A stretch of 18,673 nt of DNA from a bacterium (GCA_046757165.1 JBHHXT010000091.1:1-18673), one strand, 5' to 3'. Positions 7,832 to 17,113 are shown, numbered from the stretch's first letter. The notes: generated from the letters alone by a model not told the origin. A program made the numbers and translations.

Positions 7832-8721
7832 CTGTTACGAACCCCCTTGACGATTAAGTCGGCGACCAGATTCACCACAAACGTGATCGTAAACAACAAG
7901 ACACCGAGGATGAACAAGACTTGATAGTGGTCCGACTGGACCGGCGTCTCACCCAGCTCCGCAGCGATGGTGGCGGTCAACGTTCGGACAGAGTCCAGGG
8001 GGCTGCCCGGGATTTGCACCGCATGGCCGGTCGCCATCAGCACGGCCATGGTTTCGCCAACGGCGCGCGCGACGCCGAGCAAAACGGCGGCCAACAGGCC
8101 GTTCTTGCCCGCGGGCAGGAGCACCCGGTAGACCACCTGCCAGCGCGTTGCGCCGAGCGCCTCAGCCGCCTCGCGGTAGGAATCCGGAACCGCCTTGAGC
8201 GCGTCCTCGCCGATGGAAACGATGATGGGAACGCTCATCAGCGCCAGAATGATGCCGCCGTTGAGCACAGTGAGACCGATAGGAGCATCGAATAAGTCAA
8301 TAATCACACCGTTCATCACCGTCAAACCGATGAACCCCCAGACAACAGAGGGCACCGCAGCCAGGAGCTCGATCACGATCTTGAACGCCTCTTTCAGCCT
8401 GGCGCCACAAAACTCAGAGACGTAGATGGCAGCGCCCAGACCAAACGGGACGGCAATGGCCATCGCCAGGGCGGTCACGCTGAAGGTGCCGGCCAGCAAA
8501 GCCAGCACACCGTAGCGTTTGTGACTCACCGACGTGGGATACCATTCCGGGCTGGTGAAGAATTCCTTCATATCGAAACTGTTGAACAGAAAGTCTGCCC
8601 CTTCCCGAAAGACGAAGAAGAAAATACCGAAGACGAACAGGATCGCACTGATTCCGCAAAACCGAATGGTCCACTCGATGACGGGTTCGGTCAGCCTTTC
8701 CAGCCTGTGTCGAATCTGCAT
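7828..8721 (-). CDS. pstC: Phosphate ABC transporter permease
   Basis: ELLAAVPSVVWG, EAA motif (REAAEALGATRWQ), RAVGETMAV, TLTATIAAELGE. Confidence 0.94.
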   Translation of the reverse strand: MQIRHRLERLTEPVIEWTIRFCGISAILFVFGIFFFVFREGADFLFNSFDMKEFFTSPEWYPTSVSHKRYGVLALLAGTFSVTALAMAIAVPFGLGAAIYVSEFCGARLKEAFKIVIELLAAVPSVVWGFIGLTVMNGVIIDLFDAPIGLTVLNGGIILALMSVPIIVSIGEDALKAVPDSYREAAEALGATRWQVVYRVLLPAGKNGLLAAVLLGVARAVGETMAVLMATGHAVQIPGSPLDSVRTLTATIAAELGETPVQSDHYQVLFILGVLLFTITFVVNLVADLIVKGVRNR

Positions 8722-9681
8722 TTATTCTGACCGCTCGGCTGAAGTGTTCCTGGACAAGCGTTGCTCTTTCGGCACCGGCACATAGCCGCTGGCCACGACA
8801 ATTTTCTGACCCGCGTCGGAAAGAATCCAGTCGATATATTGTTTCTGCTTGCCAGTGGGTTCGCCGAGTGAATAAACATAGAGCGGGCGAGCGATGGGAT
8901 AGGAGTTGTTGAGCGTATTCTCGACGCTTGGGGCGTAATACGAGTCGCCGGCTTGTTTGGCTATCTTTAGCATTTTGACTTGCTCGGTGGCATAGCCCAT
9001 ACCGCTGTAGCCGATGGCGCAGGGCGTGGTTTGCACCAGCTCCACCACATCCTTTGAGCCGTGCAAATCTCTCGACCCCAATTTGAAATCCCGCGCCTTG
9101 CCCAGCAGCGCCTCACGAAAATAGAAGTAGGTACCGGAATTGGACTGCCGGCTGACCCGGATGATTTCATCTTCAGAGCAAGCCGGATGGTCGATGCCGA
9201 GCTGGGACCACCGGGTGATTTTGCCGCCTTCGCCATAAATCCCAGCAAGCTGCTCAATGGTGATCTCACTGAGCGGGTTGTCTTTGTGAACGTAAACCGC
9301 AAGGGCGTCATAGCCAACAATGAATCTTGTCGGTTCTTTGCCCGTGTTCTGTTTTGCTCTTTCGATCTCTTCCGGCTTCATTTGACGGCTGCAATTGGCG
9401 ATATCAACCGTGCCGTTGATCAACGCGGCAATGCCGGTTCCTGAGCCCCCGCCGGAGACTTCGACTGAGACCGAGCCATCTACAGTGGCGTAGGCTTCGG
9501 CCCAGGCTTGCGCCAGATTCACCATGGTGTCCGAACCGGAGTTCTGGATGACGGTTTTCGTGGTGCCACCACCGGAATCCCCGCTGTCGCCTCTCTTGCA
9601 TCCAACTTGAAGCAGACTAACAAAGAGCACAAGCATGGCGCTGATGGACAATTTTCTACCAGGATGAGTGTGTTGAAACAT
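8722..9681 (-). CDS. pstS: Phosphate-binding lipoprotein
   Basis: Start reassigned to ATG 9681 (GAGGT SD; avoids overlap with phoU). Lipobox LQVG-C, GSDTM, GGGSGTG, SRQSNSGT, YPIARPLY. Confidence 0.93.
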   Translation of the reverse strand: MFQHTHPGRKLSISAMLVLFVSLLQVGCKRGDSGDSGGGTTKTVIQNSGSDTMVNLAQAWAEAYATVDGSVSVEVSGGGSGTGIAALINGTVDIANCSRQMKPEEIERAKQNTGKEPTRFIVGYDALAVYVHKDNPLSEITIEQLAGIYGEGGKITRWSQLGIDHPACSEDEIIRVSRQSNSGTYFYFREALLGKARDFKLGSRDLHGSKDVVELVQTTPCAIGYSGMGYATEQVKMLKIAKQAGDSYYAPSVENTLNNSYPIARPLYVYSLGEPTGKQKQYIDWILSDAGQKIVVASGYVPVPKEQRLSRNTSAERSE

Positions 9682-9703
9682 GACTTTACCTCGCTTTCTT
9701 GAG

Positions 9704-10795
9704 TTAATTCCCGAGAATCGCCTTGACGAGTTCCCGAATGTGAGTATTAAGGTATTGATACGTTTTTTCGTAAGCCGCTTGAAGTTCTTCTTCTGACCCG
9801 GACAGCTCTGACGGATCCTCAACCTCCCACCGGATGCTGACCGTTTTTGTTGGTGGAGGTGGAAAGGCTTCTTCCGCTTCTTTGCAAAGCGATATGATGA
9901 CATCATAGTGCTCCGGGACCACAATTTGTTTGAAGGATTTTGAAGTTTGTGCCGAGATGTCGATGCCCTTGTGAGCCAGAAAGCTCACTGTCTTATGGTC
10001 CACAGACCTGGGAGCGACGCCCGCACTGTTGAACAGCACCCCTTCGATTCCCAACCCATTGCCGATGCCCTCGGCCATCTGCCCGCGGCATGAATCGCCC
10101 TGGTCCACGAAAAGGACGCGAAAGATGTCTTTGCCCTGATGCTTGATGTTCTCGCCAGTACACATGTACAGGACTTCTTCGCAGATATTGCACGCCTGGT
10201 CTGCCACCCGCTCGAAGCGGCTGGCGATAATCATGAAAGGCGGCAGCGCCTCCGAAGGAAGTTTGTGGGCATTGCGCAGTCGAAGCAAATCGTCATGAAT
10301 GGCGTAGCGACTCTCGTCGACTCCGGCCTCCATCTCCATGGTAGACTTCGCCAACTCCGCATCCTGGTCGACAAACGATTGAATGGCATTGCGCAGCATC
10401 GGGATGGAGAGCTGGGCAATTTCAACGACTTTCGGATACGATGGCGCCGGGTCGATAGAATCGATGGCCAGGAATTGTCGGGCGATGCTTTCAGCGTAAT
10501 CGCCAATCCGCTCCAATTCGTTGTTGATCTTTATCACCGCGTACACAAAGCGCAAGTGGCCTGCTGCCGGTTGCTGCCGGACAAGAAACTCGAGGCACAG
10601 CCGGTCCAGCTCCTTTTCCAGCTCATCGATATGTCGGTCTCGCAGGACGACCGAATACGCCAATTGGCGTTTCCCATCAGTCAGCACCTGGACGCTCGTG
10701 TTCAACGCACTTTCGACCAGACCTGCCATCTCGACCACTTTCGTGCGAATTCGCTCCATGTCCTGGTGCAGACTCTCTTCTAAACGTGATTCCAT
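9704..10795 (-). CDS. phoU: PhoU fused to a C-terminal ArsC/LMW-PTP-like domain with a degenerate P-loop
   Basis: Two PhoU repeats (QQPAAGHLR, ELERIGDYA, FERVADQACNICE), then VLFVDQGDSCRGQMAEG, SAGV, GIDIS, WEVEDP. Confidence 0.9.
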   Translation of the reverse strand: MESRLEESLHQDMERIRTKVVEMAGLVESALNTSVQVLTDGKRQLAYSVVLRDRHIDELEKELDRLCLEFLVRQQPAAGHLRFVYAVIKINNELERIGDYAESIARQFLAIDSIDPAPSYPKVVEIAQLSIPMLRNAIQSFVDQDAELAKSTMEMEAGVDESRYAIHDDLLRLRNAHKLPSEALPPFMIIASRFERVADQACNICEEVLYMCTGENIKHQGKDIFRVLFVDQGDSCRGQMAEGIGNGLGIEGVLFNSAGVAPRSVDHKTVSFLAHKGIDISAQTSKSFKQIVVPEHYDVIISLCKEAEEAFPPPPTKTVSIRWEVEDPSELSGSEEELQAAYEKTYQYLNTHIRELVKAILGN

Positions 10796-10842
10796 ACAAA
10801 GCCTCTTTGTTTCATTTGGTCATCTTGCTTGATGTTGTTGAG

Positions 10843-10874
10843 AGTATACTCAATCAATGTGACATTGGGGTTAC
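10843..10874 (-). promoter_or_regulatory. Pho box-like tandem repeat plus -10 element upstream of the phoU-pst operon
   Basis: Minus strand GTAAC-cccaat-GTCAC (11-bp period, 10859-10874), followed 10 nt later by TATACT (10843-10848). This is the geometry of PhoB-activated promoters. Confidence 0.7.
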
Positions 10875-10930
10875 GAGCAAGAAACGATTTGGAAAAAATA
10901 CAGAAAGTTTCGGTGATTCAGCCAAAAGTG

Positions 10931-10949
10931 CAATAGTACAGTACTATTG
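10931..10949. repeat. Perfect 9-1-9 palindrome, possible operator
   Basis: CAATAGTAC-A-GTACTATTG. Confidence 0.65.
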
Positions 10950-10988
10950 AATCGTAGCCCCGAGCCCTTGTTGGTCGCTTCTCCTAGG

Positions 10989-11007
10989 ATACCCCACAAG
11001 GGGGTAT
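10989..11007. promoter_or_regulatory. CsoR/RcnR-type operator-like palindrome (or short hairpin) downstream of cusA
   Basis: ATACCCC-ACAAG-GGGGTAT: C/G tracts flanked by ATAC/GTAT. Confidence 0.4.
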
Positions 11008-11077
11008 GGCACCTGTGAAATACCATCTTGTTTTTGCACAGGCGCTTAGTACCTTTTCGTCTACAAAAACAAAATGA

Positions 11078-14000
11078 TTATTCGTTCCGAAGACTAAGTT
11101 GCCGCCCACGCCAGACCGTATAGATTGCCGGAATGACCAGTAGCGTCAAAATAGTCGACGTGACCAGCCCTCCGACCATCGGCGCTGCAATTCGCTTCAT
11201 GACGTCCGCACCGGCGCCCGTGCTCCACATGATAGGCAACAGCCCGAGGATCGTGGTGCTGACTGTCATCATCTTCGGGCGCACCCGTTGCACTGCGCCA
11301 CCGGTGACGGCTTCCCGCAATTGTTGCAATGATTTCATGCGGCCTTGTCGCTGGTAGCGGTCGAAATATTCATCCAGATAAACAATCATCACCACACCCG
11401 TTTCAGCCGCCACGCCGGCGAGCGCGATGATCCCCACCCAAACGGCGACGCTTGTGTTGAACCCTAAGAGCCACAGAAGCCAAACCGCTCCGACCACAGA
11501 AAATGGCACCGACAGCAGCACAATCAGTGTTTTGGGAACAGACCTGAAGTTGAAATAGAGCAGCAGAAAAATAAAGACAATCGTTACTGGAACCACCAAC
11601 TTCAACTTCTCCCGCACTCGCTGCAGGTATTTGTACTGACCCGCCCAGGCAAGCGTGTACCCCGGTGGGATATCCACATTGTCCAGAATGACCTGCTGCG
11701 CCTGGCGCACATATTTGCCGTAGTCTTTCTCGACCACATCCACAAACACGAAGCCGACCTTCGAACCGTTCTCGTTGCGAATCATGGGTGGCCCGGTGGT
11801 TGGAAATATGTCAGCCAACTGGGCAATGGGGACCCTGGCGCCGGAAGAAGTCGGCACCAGAATGCGTTTCAGTTTATCCAGATCATCGCGCAGCTCTCGT
11901 GGATAGCGTACGTTGACTGGATAGCGCTCTTTGCCCTCGATAGTTTGTGTAATGTTCATGCCGCCGATAGCGGTTTGGATGATGTCCTGAACGTCTCCAA
12001 CGGTCAAGCCGTACCGGGCTGCTTGCTGGCGGTTGATCTCGAAATCAATGAAATACCCACCGCTGGTTCTTTCTGCAAATGCGCTGCGTGTGCCCGGGAA
12101 ATCTTGCAGCGCCTGTTCGATGTCCACAGCAATGCGTTCGATCTCCCTGAGGTCCGGGCCGAAAACTTTGATTCCCAAATTGCTGCGAATGCCGGTGGTC
12201 AGCATCTCTGTCCGCGTTTGAATAGGCATCCACCAGATGTTTGCCATGCCCGGAAACCTGAGTTTTTGGTCCATTTCAGCGACGATTTTATCCCAGGTCA
12301 TGCCCGGCCGCCACTCATCTTTTGGCTTGAGCGTAATGGTGGTTTCGACCATGCTGAGCGGAGCCGGATCCGTGGCGGTGCGCGAACGGCCGATTTTGCC
12401 GAAGACGCGCTCCACTTCAGGGAAGGTGGCCAGAATCTTATCCTGGATATGAAGAATCTTTTTTGCTTCCGAGGCCGGCATGCCCGGAATAGACGTCGGC
12501 ATGTAGAGGATGGAGCCTTCGTTGAGCGGTGGCATGAACTCGGTGCCGAGCATTATGAAAATGGGAACCGTTGCGACAAGAATGAGCACGGCCGCCACAG
12601 TGACCCACTTGCGGAACCGCAGGACAAAATCGACCAGAGGGCGATATGTCCACATCAGAAAGCGGCTGATGGGATTCTTTTCTTCCGGGCGAAGCTTCCC
12701 TTTTACAAAGATGGGAATCAGCGCCGGCGCCAGGGTCACGGCCAGAATCGCAGCGAAAAACATGGAGAACGTCTTGGTGTAAGCCAGCGGTTTGAACAAA
12801 CGTCCCTCTTGCCCCTCCAGAGTAAAGATGGGTAGAAACGAAACCGTGATTACCAGCAGCGAAAAAAAGATCGGTTTACCGACTTCTTGCAAGGATTTGA
12901 TGATCACCGTCAGGCGGTTTTCTTTCCGTCCGGTCTGTTGCCATTGTTCGAGTGCTTTGTGCGAATTCTCCACCAGCACGATGGCCGCATCAACCATTAC
13001 TCCGATGGCGATGGCAATTCCACCCAGAGACATAATGTTGGCGTTGAGTCCCATGAATTTCATGGGAATAAAAGCAATCGCCACCGCGATGGGCAAAGTA
13101 AGGATGGCAACTGAAGCGCTGCGTAGATGAAACAGAAACAGGATGATGACAAGACTGACGATGATCATCTCTTCGGTCACCTTTTCCCGCAAAGTACGAA
13201 TGGCCCTCGAGATGAGATCCGAGCGGTCGTAAGTCGTGACAATCTGCATACCCTGGGGCAGAGAGGGTTTGACCTGTTCGATTTTCTCCTTCACACCCTC
13301 GATAACCCTGAGCGCATTTTCCCCGTAGCGCATCACCACAATGCCGCCGACGACCTCACCTTTGCCATCGAGCTCGGCGACGCCGCGGCGCATGTCCGGG
13401 CCCAGGTGCACATGGGCCACATTGCGAATGAAAACAGGCGTGCCGCTGCCGTCAGTCGCCAGCGCTATTTGCTCGATGTCCTGCACCGATTGGATGTAGC
13501 CTCTCCCGCGCAGCATGAATTCGGTCGATGCCATTTCAATGACCCGCCCGCCGACGTCGTTGTTGTTTTCCCGCACTGCCTGAATGACGCGTTTCAGGGG
13601 GATGTTGTAGGCCACAAGTTTGTTGGGATCCACATCGATTTGGTATTGTTTAACAAACCCGCCAACCGAGGCCACCTCGGCGACACCCGGCACCGCTTCC
13701 AGCCAGACCTTCAGATGCCAGTCCTGAAAGGACCGCAGGTCGGCTAAATTCCAGCGCCCGCTCGTGTCTACCAGAGCATATTCAAACACCCAGCCCACGC
13801 CCGTGGCATCCGGGCCAAGGGTGGGGGTTGCGCCTGCAGGGAGCCGGGCTTCGATTTCGTTCATATATTCCAATATCCGGCTGCGTGCCCAGTACATGTC
13901 CGTGCCGTCTTCAAAGATCACATAAACAAACGAAAGCCCGAAGAAGGACTGTCCGCGGACGAACTGCACTTTGGGCGCAGCCAAAAGACTGGTGACAATA

Positions 14001-14203
14001 GCATAGGTGATCTGATCCTCGATGATATCCGGGCTGCGGCCAGGCCATTCGGTAAAGACGATCACCTGCGCGTCCGACAGGTCCGGAATGGCGTCCAGGG
14101 GGGTGTGTGACAAGGCCCAGACGCCCCAGATTGTGGCAATGCCGACCAGCAAAAAAACCAGGAGTCTATTTTTTACGCTGGCCGCAATGAGTTTTTCTAT
14201 CAT
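11078..14203 (-). CDS. cusA: Heavy-metal efflux RND permease, CusA/SilA type (Cu+/Ag+)
   Basis: Start reassigned to ATG 14203 (GGAG SD). PLDAIPDLSD, GPDATGVGWV, MSLGGIAIAIGVMVDAA, EFMPPLNEG, TDPAPLSM, MPIQTRTEML, RVRPKMMT. Confidence 0.95.
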   Translation of the reverse strand: MIEKLIAASVKNRLLVFLLVGIATIWGVWALSHTPLDAIPDLSDAQVIVFTEWPGRSPDIIEDQITYAIVTSLLAAPKVQFVRGQSFFGLSFVYVIFEDGTDMYWARSRILEYMNEIEARLPAGATPTLGPDATGVGWVFEYALVDTSGRWNLADLRSFQDWHLKVWLEAVPGVAEVASVGGFVKQYQIDVDPNKLVAYNIPLKRVIQAVRENNNDVGGRVIEMASTEFMLRGRGYIQSVQDIEQIALATDGSGTPVFIRNVAHVHLGPDMRRGVAELDGKGEVVGGIVVMRYGENALRVIEGVKEKIEQVKPSLPQGMQIVTTYDRSDLISRAIRTLREKVTEEMIIVSLVIILFLFHLRSASVAILTLPIAVAIAFIPMKFMGLNANIMSLGGIAIAIGVMVDAAIVLVENSHKALEQWQQTGRKENRLTVIIKSLQEVGKPIFFSLLVITVSFLPIFTLEGQEGRLFKPLAYTKTFSMFFAAILAVTLAPALIPIFVKGKLRPEEKNPISRFLMWTYRPLVDFVLRFRKWVTVAAVLILVATVPIFIMLGTEFMPPLNEGSILYMPTSIPGMPASEAKKILHIQDKILATFPEVERVFGKIGRSRTATDPAPLSMVETTITLKPKDEWRPGMTWDKIVAEMDQKLRFPGMANIWWMPIQTRTEMLTTGIRSNLGIKVFGPDLREIERIAVDIEQALQDFPGTRSAFAERTSGGYFIDFEINRQQAARYGLTVGDVQDIIQTAIGGMNITQTIEGKERYPVNVRYPRELRDDLDKLKRILVPTSSGARVPIAQLADIFPTTGPPMIRNENGSKVGFVFVDVVEKDYGKYVRQAQQVILDNVDIPPGYTLAWAGQYKYLQRVREKLKLVVPVTIVFIFLLLYFNFRSVPKTLIVLLSVPFSVVGAVWLLWLLGFNTSVAVWVGIIALAGVAAETGVVMIVYLDEYFDRYQRQGRMKSLQQLREAVTGGAVQRVRPKMMTVSTTILGLLPIMWSTGAGADVMKRIAAPMVGGLVTSTILTLLVIPAIYTVWRGRQLSLRNE

Positions 14204-14225
14204 GCTAAATTGCTCCAGATTGTTC

Positions 14226-14254
14226 TTGAAAAAACTGTGCAAATGAATTATCTT
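14226..14254 (+). promoter_or_regulatory. Putative sigma70 promoter of the TA pair
   Basis: TTGAAA-17 nt-TATCTT, followed by a GGAGGT SD and ATG at 14277. Confidence 0.6.
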
Positions 14255-14276
14255 TATGAAAAATGGAGGTGTTGAA

Positions 14277-14513
14277 ATGAATTCTCAGATTTCTCCGCAG
14301 AAAGTATACGATGCGCTCAAATCACTGTCGAACGATAGTCTGCAGAAAGTTTGGGAATACATTGAATCCATCCGAGCCCCCCAAAAGAATCGAGACCTTT
14401 CTAATGCCATCAAACTCGGTGGTATCCTGGCTGAATATGAGGTTGACATTTCAGAATATGATATTGTCGAAGCCCGAAAAGAAATGTGGCACAAGCTTGG
14501 AAAAACCGATTGA
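14277..14513 (+). CDS. Putative antitoxin (DUF2281-like) of a PIN/VapC pair
   Basis: 78-aa ORF with a strong SD. Pattern 'LKSLSNDSLQKVWEYIESI...LGGIL...ISEYDIVEARKEMW'. TGATG overlap with the PIN gene. Confidence 0.65.
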   Translation: MNSQISPQKVYDALKSLSNDSLQKVWEYIESIRAPQKNRDLSNAIKLGGILAEYEVDISEYDIVEARKEMWHKLGKTD

Positions 14514-14868
14514 TGCAAGAAACGTCACTGACACGCATTCTTTGCTCTGGTATCTCTTGCGAAGTAAGAGACTTTCCCCAAAAGCAGCGGCCATCTTCAG
14601 TGAGATCGATGAAGGCAAAGGACAAATTCATATTCCTACAATTGTATTGGTCGAAATCGTTTACTTGATGGAAAAAGCGAAGATTCCAAAACACGCAATC
14701 AAGACCGTAATCAATATGCTGGATACATCACCTTCCAACTATTCACTCTCTCCGATCACACTGCAAACTATTCGTGCACTACAATCAATCTCCAGAAAGA
14801 AAATTCTCGACATGCCCGATCGAATTATTTCCGCCACCGCTGCAAATATCGCCACGGTAATTTGGTAG
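14513..14868 (+). pseudogene. vapC: PIN-domain (VapC-like) toxin, frameshifted near the start and C-terminally shortened
   Basis: PIN motifs TDTHSLLWY, IVLVEI, DMPDRIISATA are in a different frame from the coupled ATG at 14513 (ATG CAA GAA AC GTC ACT GAC; one base short). The final LITxD segment is absent. Confidence 0.7.
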
Positions 14869-14878
14869 TGGCTCTTTT

Positions 14879-16504
14879 CTACATGGTCTGTAAGACTCCC
14901 TGCACATGTGCCTCGGCATCGATGAGAAAGTTTCCTGATTTCACGACCACTTCTCCGGCTGCCAGGCCTTCCACAACCGCATAAGCCCGTCCGACTTTCA
15001 CCCCCAGTTTGATCTCTCTGGGCTCGAAGCGGCCGTTGCCGCGGTCCACAAACACCAATTGCCGCACGCCTGTATTCAGCACGGCGGTTTCGGGAATCGT
15101 CAATTGCTCTCCCTCGTTCACTGCGATCTCGACCTCCGCGTACATGTCCGGTTTGAGCTTCAGGTCTGGATTTGGAAATACAAGACGGATTTGGGCGGTG
15201 CGTGTGCGGGCCTGAAGCGTTGGGTAAATGTAATCCACGCGTCCGGTGTAATTTGCCCCGGGGTCATACGACAACCGGATGCTCGCCTCTTGCCCCACTT
15301 TAATAAATGGCAGCTCATATTCGTAGATGTCTGCCAGCACCCAGACCTCGGAGAGATCAGCGATCGTGTACAAATCCGTGCCCTCTTTGGCGTGACGGCC
15401 TTGCAGGGTGTTTTTTTCAAGCACGTAGCCGCTTATTGGCGAGTAAAAAGTCAGCTTCAACCGGGGAGCGCCGGCTTTTTCTATCTGCGTCATTTGCTTT
15501 TCAGAAATACCCCACAGCAGCAACCGCTCCCGGACGGATTTCAGCAAGCTGTTTTTGCGGTTATCACCGTTCCCGCTGCTCGAGTTTGTTGTCCGTCTCT
15601 GCTGGGAAGATCCCATGAGCGCCAGGAGATACTCTTCCTGGGTTGAGACGAGCTCCGGGCTGTAAATATCGAACAGCGGCTGCCCCTGTGTTACCAGCTG
15701 GCCGGTGTAATTCACATATAACTTCTCAATCCAGCCGGAGAATTTCAGATTGACGGCAGCGATTTTCCTTTCGTTAAAAGTGACATGGCCGACAGTGCGG
15801 ATGGTTTTAGCGACAGGCCGCAATTTCACCGTGTCGCGCTGTACGCCAATAAGCTGCTGCTGGTACAACGGGATATTTACGGTGCGCACTTGTTTGTCTT
15901 TGGCGCCGGTTTGCGGTCCTGCACCTGCCTGATACACCGGCACCAAATCCATGGCGCAGATAGGGCATGTGCCTGGCTTCTTCACCTTAACCGAAGGGTG
16001 CATGGTGCAGGTGTAGTAATCGACTTCCGCTGGCCCCAAAGCGCCGCCCTCAGCCGAGGCTGACTTTACCCCTTTTGTCCCCGGGGTCACTTGCCACTGA
16101 GTGACGGCCAAAACGGTTGAACCCTCAACCACTTCCACCTTGACCTCCCAGGGGAACATGCCGCCAGCGCCTAAATCGATTTGGGCTTCATATAATCCGT
16201 TTTCAACGTGTCGTGCTTCTGTATCATTTGCCATGGCCTGCATGCCGGCCATAGCAGGCATGGAATAATGAACGTGTACGGTCGCGCTCGTAACAGGTCT
16301 ACCGGCGGCATTCTTTACTCTTACCTTGAAAGTATTCAAGCCGGCGGCCGGCGGATCAGGTGACACGGTAAGCGCAATTGTGTGATCACCGGCTTTTTGG
16401 AAAGCCTCTTCCACGTCGCCGCAGCCGTTGAAAATCAGCAAAGCGCTTATCAAAAGCAAAGCGTCAAACAATCCGGACAGGTGAGAAGAAAATTCTGGTT
16501 TCAT
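14879..16504 (-). CDS. cusB: CusB-like RND periplasmic adaptor with N-terminal YtkA/FixH-like and heavy-metal-binding domains
   Basis: AAGGAG SD, lipobox-like IFNG-C, Ig-like segment with HYSMPAMAGMQAM, YTCTMHP...CPICAMDL, GWIEKLYV, IYSPELVSTQEEYL, LKPDMY, GNFLIDAE. Confidence 0.9.
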   Translation of the reverse strand: MKPEFSSHLSGLFDALLLISALLIFNGCGDVEEAFQKAGDHTIALTVSPDPPAAGLNTFKVRVKNAAGRPVTSATVHVHYSMPAMAGMQAMANDTEARHVENGLYEAQIDLGAGGMFPWEVKVEVVEGSTVLAVTQWQVTPGTKGVKSASAEGGALGPAEVDYYTCTMHPSVKVKKPGTCPICAMDLVPVYQAGAGPQTGAKDKQVRTVNIPLYQQQLIGVQRDTVKLRPVAKTIRTVGHVTFNERKIAAVNLKFSGWIEKLYVNYTGQLVTQGQPLFDIYSPELVSTQEEYLLALMGSSQQRRTTNSSSGNGDNRKNSLLKSVRERLLLWGISEKQMTQIEKAGAPRLKLTFYSPISGYVLEKNTLQGRHAKEGTDLYTIADLSEVWVLADIYEYELPFIKVGQEASIRLSYDPGANYTGRVDYIYPTLQARTRTAQIRLVFPNPDLKLKPDMYAEVEIAVNEGEQLTIPETAVLNTGVRQLVFVDRGNGRFEPREIKLGVKVGRAYAVVEGLAAGEVVVKSGNFLIDAEAHVQGVLQTM

Positions 16505-16718
16505 TGTATCTTCTCCTTTGATTTGAGTTATGATGATTCAGGAAGATTTTCCACCGTCTGCGGCTCTTTTCCAGATCGGCGGCTTACTGGCGGTAACGCG
16601 CCAGCTCTCGCACGTATGCCAGACGCAAATTGAGCGCAGGCTTCGACTGTCAACCAGAATCAATTGAGTAAATGTTGAGCGGTACGGGGAGGGCGTACTT
16701 ATCCCTCGAGGGCGTGGT

Positions 16719-17108
16719 CTAAATTAGAAAAGCAAAGAATCTCTTGAAGAGATGGTTATCTGCAGTCACGTTTTTTGAAGGGAGAAAATATTCTGAATGT
16801 TCAAGAGATGGGATGGTCAAACAAGGTTCACTTGATGAGAGAGAAACAATGATGCCTTCCGGAGCCTTTTGAGTCTTGGAGACAACGCCTTGCGTTGGAG
16901 CAGAGTCGTCCAGACCATGCCTGGCTTCGGCAATACAGCAGATCATGCGGGAGGGGAATTCTTCCTGACAACATTGCATCTGCCTGGAGCTGCAACACTG
17001 CTCAGAAACAGCGGCATTGATCAGAGGCACAAAAAACTGCAGGGTTGCTGCAATTAAGGTCACAGCAAATAACTCGAGAATCAATTTTTTGTGAAGCATT
17101 CTCACCAT
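16719..17108 (-). CDS. Small Cys-rich membrane/exported protein, possibly a metal-responsive leader
   Basis: 129 aa with an N-terminal hydrophobic helix, three CC pairs (EQCC, MQCC, MICC) and a C-terminal LFKRFFAFLI. Followed by a 214-nt gap before cusB. Confidence 0.6.
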   Translation of the reverse strand: MVRMLHKKLILELFAVTLIAATLQFFVPLINAAVSEQCCSSRQMQCCQEEFPSRMICCIAEARHGLDDSAPTQGVVSKTQKAPEGIIVSLSSSEPCLTIPSLEHSEYFLPSKNVTADNHLFKRFFAFLI

Positions 17109-17113
17109 GGCGC

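Noticed and set aside
9..11052. Recurring (T)AGTAC(T) motif in intergenic regions near 9-17, 5217-5226, 10934-10947 and 11045-11052, as possible MITE ends
   Set aside because: The motif is too short, with no clear paired terminal repeats or target duplication and no transposase.
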